A stretch of 64,000 bases of DNA from Octopus vulgaris (GCA_951406725.2 OX597831.1:15004001-15068000); one strand, 5' to 3'; positions 44,280 through 57,742 are shown, counted from the stretch's first letter. A program made the numbers and translations. The notes: a model not told the origin generated them from the letters alone.

Positions 44280-45468
44280 TTCAGCAAAATTTAGATTCGA
44301 ATGAATATGGTAATTAATTTAGATACACCAGAATTTTCTATGGTGTTATCCATAAATATTTGTGTGGTGATTATAATCAAAATAAGCAACAAGAATGACT
44401 CCAGTAATTTGGTACAATTGTTTCACACTACATCATTTTATTAAATGTTGTAAGTATTACAACAGATTTTAGATGCTGAGTACTCATCAGCCAATAATAG
44501 AGGTTTTCCATTAATACAAAAGTTTTCAAATCAAGTGGCAGCATTTTAGAGAAGGTAGATGTACAGACAAAGATGTAGATTTAAATCTTAAGAACATATG
44601 ATGTAGTGAAGTCCAACCACTGACTGACCAAGCTATGGCTTTTCCTAACTGCTATAAGGTTAGAGGTAATTAAGATTTTTTAATTGTAGAAATGGAGTAA
44701 AGGAGGTTTCAGAATACCATAAAAGGAATTCATGTTGAAGACAGTAGTTGCCACTAACAAAATGCCAATTACTACTATTTGGTGAGAGAAACTAGGTCAA
44801 TGTCAAATGGTCATTAATCCCATTTACAGAGAGTGTAAATTAGAGAAAAAAGGGAAAAAACTCATCAGTTATTATTATGAGTAGGCATAGTATTTTATAA
44901 CTGGGGGAAAACCTTATTAATTTTAAAGCTAGATTAGATTGAGAAAAAATTCCAATTTCAAGTTTGCAGTGAAGTTTTTTTAGTCATCTATGAAAGTTAA
45001 ATTGAAAGCTAGTATAGTATATTTCTTATTATTATCATAAAAAGTTAAAATTTGAAATATATAGGAATTCTCACAAATTTTTATTTAAAGTATTTAAACG
45101 TTCGGGTTGTGGAATGTATACAAGATCTTAAAAGACGATGGATCTTAAAATACGTCTTAACGATCATTTTCTTCTTTTAGACTCAAACATAAGACAGGTT
45201 GCACAACACTATCTAGCAAAATTTGGGAACTAAAAACATAATATAGTATTCAACCTGAAATGGGATATAGTTAGAAGGCCGAAACCTTATAGAAATAGTA
45301 GGGAAGGTTGTCAACTTTATTCTATGGAAACTTATAAAATTTTAAAACTTCAGAGTAAGATAAATCTGTTGAATAATCGTCTAGAGTTGGGATTATCTTG
45401 TATACATTCCACAACCCAAACGCTTAAATACTTTAAATAACATTTGTGAGTATTCCTATATATTTCAA
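44278..45468. mobile_element. Penelope-like element remnant: EN C-terminus on + (45132-45440) preceded by an inverted copy of its 3' region/pLTR (44278-45126)
   Basis: Translation gives LKIRLNDH/SSFRLKHK..CTTLSSKIWELK/NIVFNLKWDIV...PY.....CQL...E...I...LLNNRLEL..SCIH. 45052-45126 is the reverse complement of 45395-45468. Confidence 0.85.
44409..44494 (-). ncRNA. Type I hammerhead ribozyme motif with minimal helix III and extended helix II
   Basis: Minus strand: UUGG-CUGAUGA-GUACU...UGUUGUAA(uac)UUACAACA...AGUGU-GAAA-C(AAUU)G-UA^-CCAA. Confidence 0.7.
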
Positions 45469-45689
45469 TAGGGATTTTCATAGCAAAAAAGCACCTTTTT
45501 GATGTAAATAATTGTTGGTGTTACCATGGTCCGATTTGAATTTTTTCTTCTACGGAAGGAAGAGCAATCCTTCTTCCATCATACTCTCAATTTTGGTCAA
45601 CTTGCGCCGCAGGGTCCCAGAGGAGATAGTGTTAGTTGAAGTCTACCAAACCTGCCATACACATACAACTTCAGCTTTATATATATAGA
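45469..45689 (-). mobile_element. Non-autonomous Helitron-like element, 5' part
   Basis: The minus strand starts A|TCTATATATATAAAGCTGAAGTTG followed by a short microsatellite. It truncates the PLE inverted repeat. Confidence 0.5.
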
Positions 45690-46127
45690 TGATTGGTATT
45701 GTTCACAAAGTCCAAACGATTAATACGAAAAAACCCGCCAGGCTACATCCCGAAAATTCCTTTCTTTGCCGAATTTCTACAATGTTTACGGCGATTCGTT
45801 TTTATATCTTGATTTTTTATTTTTCATGCAATTTACGCATGCTTGCACGCGTGGTGAACAAAGTTCACGCCAAACAGCTGACTGAGTAACGTTCACTATT
45901 CAATGCATGGGATAAGGCCTAAACAAACACGTTATTGATATTTGCACTTGCGAGATGAATTTCGGAACAGAAATAGCACAGTTCAATTTTCATTCGCCTA
46001 AACTTTGAGTGACACATTTTTGATGGTTCTACGAGTTGTTGGCTAGGAGATGCGCCGGGAAGTTAAACACACAGACACACGCACAGATACACACACAGAC
46101 ACACAATTTGAGCTTTATATATATAGA
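45690..46127 (-). mobile_element. Second Helitron-like element in tandem
   Basis: The minus strand starts A|TCTATATATATAAAGCTCAAATTG followed by (TG/TC) repeats. A 3' CTAG end is not clearly preserved. Confidence 0.4.
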
Positions 46128-46160
46128 TATTATATTTTATTATATTACTTTTTATCTCTA

Positions 46161-46327
<167 letters not shown>

Positions 46328-46559
46328 ATGTACATATTATATGCGTGGGTGTTTGTGTGTGTGTCTATCCCTCACTGCCGCTTGACATTAGGCGCTGATG
46401 CATTTACGCCCTCGTAACTTGGCGGCTGGGCACAAGATCCTAATACAATAAGTTCTTGGGGGAGGAATTTTATCCAGTACTTTAACGACTCTACTGGTTT
46501 GCTATTTTTCTTCAAAAGTAGTTCTGATTAAAACTATTACATAGTTTGGTTTGTGAAAT

Positions 46560-47045
46560 CTAAAAATAATTTGAGACACGGAAATAATTGCTCGCGGTAG
46601 ATGCACCGAATTTTCCGTTCTGAGTTCAAATTCCTCACAAGCTGACTTCGCTTTCAATACCTCTGAAGAAAATAAAGACAAAATAAAGTCGTATAATACT
46701 GGTGTCTTATAGTTCTGACTTCCATGCAATAGTTTATCGCCATCAGCCATGTTCTACGTTTTGTGCCCTTGTTAAAGCTATTTTCACTTTTATGAATTCC
46801 TACTCGCCCCTTCTGATGGTTTACTTGTGGATTCTGAGAATTAAGCCAAATGATTTGGGTCGTAAATAGGTGATGATATCGGACAAGTAGATGACCGGTA
46901 CTCCCTTACTTCATAGCACCTGTAATGCTGAAATCCAAAGAAAGCTTTTCAAAATTTGAACCCAATTCGTAAAATATTACAACTAATTTCTGCAAACACT
47001 TTGCTATCGTCTATGTTAACCTACTGCTCCACTAACTACCACCTT
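46560..47045. mobile_element. Two diverged SINE family C copies in inverted orientation
   Basis: 'cgttctgagttcaaattcc...gacttcgctttc' on +, and 'aaatttgaaccca...cgtaaa' on -. Confidence 0.45.
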
Positions 47046-49273
47046 GATATGGAGAAATATAGGAAAAAGGCATATTAATGGTATTAATAAACACTAATGG
47101 TAAAAATATTAAACATTCTAAAACTCAATACAAAGAGTAGCACTGTGATCATACCATTTTAGAACTGGAATTAAACGGTTGAATCACTTCCACAGATATT
47201 TTGTATTTTATATAAGAAGATATTCACAGGAGCGAAGCCAATTTTTCATATTACTAAATGCTTTAACAAGTTAAAACATTAATGGATGCGTTTGTCTCAA
47301 ATATAATGGCAACTAATCAATCTTGCAGAACTATTTAAGCTGAGTGGTTGAGTAAGATGAAATAATTTCCTAACAATAAATATATGAAATAAAAAATAAA
47401 AAAAAAGTTAAAACACAACCACAAAGGGATCAATGACGTCAAAATATTAAGCTATAATTTGGTGTAATTATTTCCATGAGAAGTATTGGCGATGGGAGTT
47501 TGAATAATATTTAATGAAAGTTGCAAAACTGTTTTATCAAATGAGATGTGAACATTTCTACGCAGACGATTTCTGCATCTGCAACAAACAGTAAGAATGA
47601 AAAGTCGCCCAGAAAGTAAAATAAACATATAAAAATGAAGCGAATCAATGGAACAAAGAAACGTAATGCTTGGAGAAATTTAACGGATTTAATCCAATTT
47701 GCAGAATGGGTTTATTGAGAAGGTTGCAAAAACATAAATAAAAAAAAACAAAAACCAGGAATGCGTGTTTATTTTAGAATTAACTTACACAATGAAACAA
47801 GGAAATTACTCACCCTCTTCCTGTCACTCTCTTCTTCTTATATATATATATATATATATATATACATACACACACACACACACACATACACACATATGTG
47901 TGTTTGTGTGCGTGCGCTGTGCAATATATGCCTATATATGTATATATATATACACACACACAGACACACACACACATATACATATAGATATATATATATA
48001 TACATATATATACAGGCATACGGGTTACGTTGATTATCTAACAGCAGGAGAAGGAATACGTTCAAAAGGGAATTGAGGGAGAAATGAGTTGCTGAGTTAA
48101 TCAGTTAAAAGCTGGATAATTTGTGTTTTTGTTTGATATACATCAATGGAATAGGTTTTGGCTTTGTGAAAATAAAACTAATTTGAAAGGCAACAAAGCA
48201 ATCATAGCGTTATTATAGCGATCGTGTGGCAGGGAAGATTCTAGTGACAGCATTCGATTCAAAAATACGAAAGGTGAAGATTATGGCTTCAGTCATCCAT
48301 ATTATATTCTAAAAAGCACCTACATGTTTTAAGAGCAAAATGTAATTATAAGGCTATATAATTAGCTTCAATTAACTGCTATTAGTACTTGCCTGAATTC
48401 GGCTCCGCAGCAAGAGTTTTGTTAGTGTGTAAATATAATACAATTTAATTTTCAAATAATAATAATGTGAAAGATTTATAGATTAAAGACCGACCCGGCA
48501 GGTACCAATTACATGTGTTCGTCAATGTATCATTGCGTGCGCGTGTGTGTTTTTATGTGTGTGTGTGTGAGGGAGTGTATTTCAATTCTCAATAATTTGA
48601 TATCTAGAAAAGAAAGAGAAAATATAAAAATGCAGCATATATATGTACTAAAAAACAATATTCAATTAACTACAGTGCAACCGGAAGTTCCTTTAACGTC
48701 TCGAAATTGTAGGGAGATGTTAAATTGTAAAACCAGATGATGATGGTTGCAGTCAAGGAAATAATTACAAACATGGTGTAGAGATGGGGAGGAGAGAGGA
48801 GAGGAATATGGGAATATAAATTTAAAAAATCATTACAACAAAAGAAAACAAAATGTAATCTGTAAAGGACACATAATTACAGAAATTTCAAAAATTTGTA
48901 AATTAAATTATGTGAGATAAAATGACATCACACTAAATCTGGCTGTGTGGTTAAGAAACATGCTTTGCAACCATACTGCCTTGGGTTCAGTTCCAATGCA
49001 TGGCATGATAAGCAATAATCATCTCTTATAAGCCCTGGCCGTGATATTCATTCACAATGCCTTCTGAGTGAATTTGGTAACCGGAAACTATATAGAATCC
49101 CATCGTATCGTTATGTTCATTATAGTAGCAATACGTTTATTATCGTAACTATATGCTTATTACCATATCTATATGTTTATTATCGATATGTATATTATAA
49201 ACACACAAACATACACACACACATATACACAAACAAATAAACATATACATACATAAATACATGCATACATATA

Positions 49274-50814
49274 CAGGGTGCGTAAGATATTTGAGGACAT
49301 ATTTATGTTTATATATGTTTATATAACAGATATATCATGACAGATAATAACCTTATTTATCAAAAAATGCTCTGGGGATAAAAATAAACCTTCGTTTCTA
49401 TAATTCAATAAAGACACTTAGCTTTAACAACTGCTCCTATGTTAGATCTTAAATCAACTACATGCTCGAAGCAAGTGGTCCTCCTTTGTTTTGGACATTA
49501 CGCTGACTAGGGCAGCTTTCAAAGAATATTTGGTGTTCTGGGCATGCTCCATATGTAAGAGTCCAATGGATTGAAATCTGGGCAATTCGGAGTCCAAATG
49601 TTAGGGGTTATATGATCATGAACATTTTCAGCCATCCATTCCTGTGTTACTAGAGCCATGCGTGATAGTGCAGAGTCTTACTGAAACACATATGGCCTGT
49701 CTATCCAAGGCTTAACAATTACTTCCAGGACCCCAATATAGGCGGCAGAGTAAACTCTAAGGCCTTGTGGAAAAGAGTAAGGAGGTATCATATGTCCTTC
49801 ATTGCTGACAGCCCCTAAAACCATGACACTTGCAGGAAATTATGTATGCATAACACTTGGAACCTCTGAGGGGTCTGCTCATAACCATCTGTCATTTCTT
49901 CTGTTAAATTATTCATCTTGATCGAAGTTTTTCTCATTTGAGAGAAAACAAATCAAATCTTCTGCATTTTTCAGTTTGTTTAAGAAACCTTTCGATCTGA
50001 TGTAGTGATTTTCTTTTACTTTTCCTGACAAATTGAATTTTCCTCATCAAATATAACTTATATCTGATGTCTTCGTGTTTCTTAAGACTCCGCCGGTTAC
50101 GACGACGAGGGTCCCAGCTGATACGATCAACGGAACAGCTTGCTCGTGAAATTAACGTGCAAATGGCTGAGCATTCCACAGACACGTGTACCCTTAACGT
50201 AGTTCTCGGGGATAATCAGCGTGACACAGAGAGTGACAAGGCTGACCCTTTGAAATACAAGTACAACTCAGTTTTGCCACCTGAGTGGACTGGAGCAACG
50301 TGAAATAAAGTGTCTTGCTCAAGGACACAACGCGTCGCAGGGAATCGAACTCACAACCTTACGATCATGAGCCGAATGCCCTAACCACTAAGCCACGCGC
50401 GCTCACATGTCTTCGTGTACAACATTTCTGGCTGTTCCTTCTGACACATGGAGATCTTTTGTAATTGACCTCATCGAATTTCTGTAATCAAAGGTCTGTT
50501 GAACTTGTCCGATAAATTCAAGTGTTCTGATGATTTCAGAGCGTTTCCAATGCATTTTATGCTTTGATACTGGGGATACGTTTCTATCTTCAGTCTCTAA
50601 CGTCGTAGACGAAAGATCTGGCAACGTTTCAAAATCGAGATATTTCTTAATCACTATGCTCAGCCTTTATAACCACAATAAAAGCATGGGTCTTCATTTC
50701 TTGAGTAAGCTGAGTGTCTGCCATTATTATTTTCTGCAACAAAGATTATACAGTAGGTAAAAATTGCAGCAATGCCCCTCAAAATGTATGACCCCAAATA
50801 ACCTACGCATCCTG
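49274..50814 (-). mobile_element. Tc1/mariner-superfamily DD37D (maT-type) transposon, full extent, inactivated
   Basis: TA-flanked TIRs cagggtgcgtaagatatttgaggacata / tatgaccccaaataacctacgcatcctg. Motifs FSDEKNFDQD, FQ*DSA and WTPNCPDFNPLD, with 37 residues between the 2nd and 3rd Asp. Confidence 0.88.
50079..50406 (-). mobile_element. Full-length SINE family B with 12-bp target-site duplication
   Basis: A box tggcttagtgg and B box gttcgattcc. The TSD atgtcttcgtgt is at 50067-50078 and 50407-50418. Confidence 0.93.
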
Positions 50815-50855
<41 letters not shown>

Positions 50856-50859
<4 letters not shown>

Positions 50860-51250
50860 TGGAAAAAACAATGGAAACAGTAGCATCATAGCATCATAAT
50901 TATGAAACGTCAAAAGCTTGTTTATTTTTTTATATTTTAATTTATTATTAATGTTGCTTAATATGTTTTGATGTTTCTTTTCAGATATCACCAGAAAAAT
51001 GTAATTAAATTGAAAGATATATCAGACTTTCAAAGCGGTCAAACTTTTGGTGCTCGTATGGCAGGCGCAAGCGTGATAAAAACAGCCGAAATGTTTGGTG
51101 TATCAAGAAGTTCTGTCTCGAAAGAAATGACAGCCTTTGCGAAAGAGGGAAAAGCCTCCTCCACGAAAAAAAAAAAAACACCGTATAGCGAACGTGAGAC
51201 TCTAACGCGAATTGTTAGAAAGGATCACAAAAGCACAGCTCCCAAAATAA
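50856..51250 (+). mobile_element. Tc1-like transposon 5' fragment (paired-like HTH)
   Basis: DISDFQSGQTFGARMAGASVIKTAEMFGVSRSSVSK.M......GK.SS...TLTRIVRKDHKSTAPKI. Confidence 0.75.
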
Positions 51251-52931
51251 AGTTCCACGTAAAATACCATACGAAAATATAAATAGTGCGGCTGATTTGT
51301 CCGGTTAAAATGCTCCCATGTAATGCTGCAGTATAGCTGCTGGTCAGCGCGGGAAACTCTTGAGAAATTCTGAAATAAGACATAAAGGATTCAAGAAAAA
51401 AATGTATATATTGGTTTGAAGCAGTTGAACATGGAATTGAAATCATGAAAAGAATTTACCTAGTAATGTAAATAGCGCAATGCCGTATGACGTTCAATGG
51501 AACGAATTATTATATTGGAATGGATATAGAGAATTAATGGTAATTCAGTGAAAGAAGAATTTTCAGCTACGTGTAAAAAAAATATAATTGAAAGTTCATA
51601 ATCTTGCTAATCGATATTGAAATATAATTGAAAAGTATTCAGCCTGCAGTGTTTCTGTTTGATTTGCAAGTTTCAGAGATAATATATGGAGAAGACTGCT
51701 AATTATTGATTATGATTGTCAAATGGCCTTCGTTATGGATGGGGTATCACTTAGTTCTATTCTCGCCCGAAGTCAGCAATTTCATTTGCATTTATATTTT
51801 ATATTCTGGATTTTGGAAATTTGATGTTTTAATAATTCAATGTATAATAGAAATTGATCGTTAAGACATGGCACACAGAATGCTTTGGTGTATTTGATTA
51901 AAAGTCCCCGTGTTTTGAATCTATGTCGTTTTGTCATTTAAGCAACTATTATTGTAATATATCAATAATCGTGGAGATTGGAGGGTTCCTTGAATGTATG
52001 TATTAAGGTGGAGTGCAAATAAAAAATTGTATAATTTGAAAATGCCTGAGACCTAAAATCTTGCCATATGTTATTAGTAGAAAAATGCTAAATTGTCGCT
52101 TAGGTCAGTCAAGGGCATTTACGCCCTCAAATCCCACAAGCTCCGCTATTGTAAAAAAATTAGCAAAATAGCCCATGAATTGTTTGTTGATTGTTGGCAG
52201 GAATTGTGAGTTATTTCTTCACGCGGCCAGAGAAATAAATTTCCATTCAGCAACACATCGTGTTGCTCTGTTAAAGAAAAGCACAACTAACGACACAATA
52301 AAACCTTTCTCTTTGGAAATATTTTCGATGGAGAAATTCTGCCGATAGACAATGTCAGAGGAGTGCTACAGCTGGTCTTCGATTCTGAGATAAACACTGA
52401 TTACCGAAATTTACTTTACTGTCAAAGTTCTTCTCCTACACTCTAAACAAATACGTGTATGAATATATCAATTCACGTTGCTGAGGATTCAGGCTCCAGA
52501 AAGAACGACCGAGTTTCGATACACATACATGTGTAGCAAGTCTTGGTTGATGTGTCTGGGGTTGAACCGTGCATTCTACCAGGATTTGTGTGAAGAATTT
52601 GATGTCATTGGTCTCTCTTTATAGCTGTCACCCACGAATCAGTTTTTCCTTTACCCTTGAACTCGAAGTTGCAGACGCAAGCGTCTCTAGGCCTGAATAA
52701 GGGGGTCGGAATATTGCATTCTTTGCAGTTTGACAAACGTCACTAGATTTCTCCGTACCCAGCTTTTCCATGATTAAATTATTTTTCGATCTCTATCCAC
52801 CTGGTGAATATTTCAGTATATCAAATTACAAGCAAATAACAACAACAACAACAACAGCAACAACAGCAGCAGCAGCAACAGCAACAACAACAACACCACC
52901 AACAACAACAATAATAATAATAATAATAATG

Positions 52932-53468
<537 letters not shown>

Positions 53469-53477
53469 TATAATAAT

Positions 53478-53728
53478 AAGATTGTCTTAAGATTGTCTTA
53501 AAAAAAGATTGTCTTAACTGGTACATTCACACGTATTGAGAAGAGCATTGTCGATGTGAGAACAGTTGTTGCTCATGTATTTTAATTTAACTTAAAAAAA
53601 AAAAAAAATGAACGTACTACTTTGTTTGGTTTAATGGCCTACCGATGTATACTATGAGTTTCTTTGCCCTAGGAGTCGGGAAGACACTCGGCAAGAAATG
53701 GAAGCAAATTTGAAAGAAGAAAAAAAAA

Positions 53729-53731
<3 letters not shown>
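53478..53731 (+). mobile_element. Very short 3' copy of the same Dong family as 20460-22675, between (AAT)n arrays
   Basis: Close match to the reverse complement of 20460-20697. Confidence 0.9.
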
Positions 53732-53766
<35 letters not shown>

Positions 53767-54285
53767 TCGTATAACATTCTGAAATGCAACCGTTAACCGC
53801 ATAACACACATTTAGAGTTTACTAATTTTTTTCCAACGAATGTGAGATTCATATTCATTTTAGTTGAAGCAAACCCATAAAGAATAATGTTATACATAGA
53901 ATAAAAATTCAATACGTAACACGTTTAGTATGCTAACTGATCTCTTCTCAGATTATGTATTCAGTAATTTCATTTGAAAAGTTTTAGATGAAACGCTGAT
54001 CGAATTATCAATATTTTTTGTAATCCTCTCATAATTTTTTTACCCCTAACAAAGCTCTGCGTACCTTATTTAGCTAAGATGTTTATCAGTATGTTAGATA
54101 GGAAAACAAAAATCACTCTTCTGCTTCTAGCTGCTTCAATGTTCCTAACATGTTTGACTTCCAATGTTAAAAAAGTAGTATCACTCCGAAAGATGTCAAA
54201 CGAATCATGGTTGACGAGTGAACTGCAATAATCGAATCTAATTTCATCCATCCATCAATCCATGCAGCCACCCAGATATACATAC

Positions 54286-54318
<33 letters not shown>

Positions 54319-54337
54319 CATATAGAAAGATAGATGC

Positions 54338-54397
<60 letters not shown>

Positions 54398-54400
<3 letters not shown>

Positions 54401-54450
54401 CAGTTTGCTCACCTGGAAATCTTTATTTTTAAACATAATATATAGTTCCA

Positions 54451-54507
<57 letters not shown>

Positions 54508-54690
54508 GGTTCAGTTCACAGACTAACACCTTTGGCAAGTGTCTTCTACTATAGGTTGGGGCCGATAACAGACTTGTGAGTGTATTTGATAGAGGGGAAA
54601 CTATATCTCTCTCTCTATCTGTGTATATATATATATTCTGGAACTATATATTCTGTTTGAAAATAAAGATTTCCAGGTGAGCAAACTGTC
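54398..54690. repeat. ~55-60 bp inverted repeat enclosing (TA)n and a SINE A head fragment
   Basis: gacagtttgctcacctggaaatctttattttt...tatatagttccagaatata versus tatattctggaactatata...aaaataaagatttccaggtgagcaaactgtc. Confidence 0.8.
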
Positions 54691-56053
54691 TGTGACTGGA
54701 AGTAAGTAACACTCCTTTTGTACTGCAGAATTTAAATGTTTTATTAAACATCAGTTGCGTCACAACAACCTTTTAAACTATCTTATCAAATTCTCCAAAT
54801 TCGTGTCGCAAGATACCTTTACATGTATGTATATCCATTGCTACATTGGTATGATATATGTAACGAGAGGAACACGAACTGATTCGCAAGCCTCTGGCAT
54901 TGCTCAATGTCTGGTGGTTTTATGCATCTACACCTCTTACCAATTCTCACTGTCTCGTTTCACAATCCCATATAGGTACCTTTCTGTAGTGTCCGGGATG
55001 AAGCTGGCGCATGCTTAATACACTAATTATATGAAAGTTCACATTAAGTCACATTGATTAAGATAATATTGTGTATATTTATATGTAATATATTCCGTAA
55101 ACTGAACCTTATAACGATATCGCTGTATTAAATATCTTGGGAGGAAAGTTTTCCCTAATATACAGCTTACACTGTTTTTCTTTCTTGTTTTAACATTATC
55201 TACAGGGGGATTTAAAAGCCGATTACCACAGTGAAGGATGTTCCACGCTTGAATGTATAGGAACGTGTTAAATATAATTGTACACGATCTTACTTGAGAC
55301 ACTCTCTAATATAGTGGTTCGCTTCTTTATTTCCTTCTTCATTACTTCACTCTTTCCCTGAAATTATTAATGTATAATTTACTGACAACATTTTGCTGGT
55401 CGTGTAATATAGGAAACATGCCATCTATCCGATCGAAGCAAAGAATCTCGCTGCTTCCGAATCACTTCACGCTTACTTACAATAAGGTTCCGCATGACAA
55501 GTAAAATGTACTTCCAAAAACGATCAATTACAAAACTATAATTGTGCACATTGAGGCTATTTTCAGATTATCCTCTGCTTTATATCTGATAATTCTGACG
55601 AAATACGAAATATTGCGTAACCCGGTAGGAAAACGGAATATTGGCGTAACATGTTCTGCAGATTGTATTAGAGATAATGTTTTTTTCACACCATTTTCTG
55701 CTTTATTATCTCTACTTGTCTCATGCATTCCATACACTCTTTCTCTCTCACACTCTGTATACACATACACGCACACATATATATACATACACACACACAC
55801 ACACATATATATGTATGTATATATATTTATATTATATATGTATATGCATATAAGATGCTAGAGACGTAGGAGATAGACAGAAGTGTGTGTCTCTGAGTGT
55901 ACTGAAATATGTTTAACACACACACACATGCACATGTACGTGCATATACATATACACAGAAATATATGCATATATAATAGGGATACATGCTTTCGCGTTA
56001 AAATAGTTATATGAATGTATAATGTATATACGTGTGTATATATGCATACACTG

Positions 56054-56090
<37 letters not shown>

Positions 56091-57742
56091 TTGTATATAC
56101 ACACAGAGAGACACATAGATATAAAATTAATATATATATATGTACATGCGTGTGTGTATTTGCGGTTTGGCATGTATGCGTAGAAGAGGCATGACTATTG
56201 TCGAGGAATAAAGGTGTGATCTTACCGCAGTGATGGATGTGTGTATGTATGCGTGTGCACGTGTGTGAACGTATGTTATTACGTGTGTTCGAGTGTGTCT
56301 ATCTGTGTGTAGTAACACACTGCTAGTGGGAAGTAGATTTACATGTTCACGATGTAAATATATGTACTTTTGTGTGTGCAAAAATATGCCTGTGTCTATA
56401 ATCACGTCTGTGTGTATGTGTATACGTTTGTAGGTTTGTGAATGCGCGCGTGTGTGTGAGTGCGTGCGTGCTTGTGTGTGTGTGTGTGTGTGTGTGTGTT
56501 TGTGTGTGTGAGTGTGTTCTCAGCATTACAGTTGAACGATGGCACAGAGATAGTAAAATAACTCAGATAATGTAATATTATATTTGGAAAGAAGACAAGT
56601 GAAAATTTGAAGAGATAAGAAATCTCAGCCGTAATAATATGTTTCTCGAAAATTCTAGATAATGTAGTAGATGAACTACGAAGGTGATTTGTAGTGCAAT
56701 GTGTCAGCTGCCAGAAGAGGAATTTTACAGGAAATATTTAAGCAACTTTCTTTCCTTCTTATAAAAGGGCACAAATTTAACTTTAAATATGAAAGTAACC
56801 AGTAATTACTGACATAATATAAAACCTGAAAACAATGCTTATATTCATTTTATGTGCTGGAATTCTTCCTGAATTTGGTATTTGAAGAAGTGGGAACGGA
56901 AGCTGTTTACTAATGACCTAACGTTTAATTGTCGAGTTTTGAACTATAGGTGTTCAATCCCAACTGTGTTTAGCGCCGGGATATATTTCTCTGAACATTT
57001 CAGAAGGGTTACAAAAATGACTGGCATCAAGTCACACTCCAGCCTCTGATGTGTTTTCTATGCGTCTGTTTTATCTCTACTATAATGACTCCTGTCCCTC
57101 TGAGGTAGATCTTCGGGCATCACCTCTATTCGCAGAACTCAGATTCGCTTAGGTCTCTCTGTGACGTCATTATTATCGTGCTCTAACCCAATTTTCGATA
57201 CTGCGCAGACCATCATCCCGATTTCTTTGTTCGCAGAACATCAGCCCTCTCAAATAGTTTTATTACTTGTGTATTATGTCTATATGTTCCCCTACAACTG
57301 TTTAATTGCCATAGCAACGATGTCCGAGGACCTGAAAAGCTCATAGGCATTGACCTTTCCCCGATTCAAGCCCTTTACATTTCTGTTGAAACCTCTATTT
57401 TGGTGACGAAACCTGGTGCTCAGGAATTTTCAAGTGCAGAAGACGTGAAGAAGAAAAAAATCGACGGAGGCGTTAAACTGCAACAACTCGCAAGAGTTTC
57501 AGTAGTGTTCTGATCGGTGAAAAACGCGTCTGAACTGATGCATTGCTTGAAATAGAGAATACCTTGACGGCGATAAATTTATAAACACGTAAAACTAAGT
57601 GAATATAATAATATTACAAAATTCTGGTTTCTTTGGGGCACCCTCTCGTAAACTGACTTTTTACTTTTCTTGAAACCGTCAAATTAACATAACATTTGCT
57701 AAAGCCTATTCCTCATATATTCTTCTCCTTTCTCACATTGGT

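Noticed and set aside
50330-50406. tRNA gene (A and B boxes)
   Set aside because: It is the head of a repeated SINE with a TSD, and no complete cloverleaf is evident.
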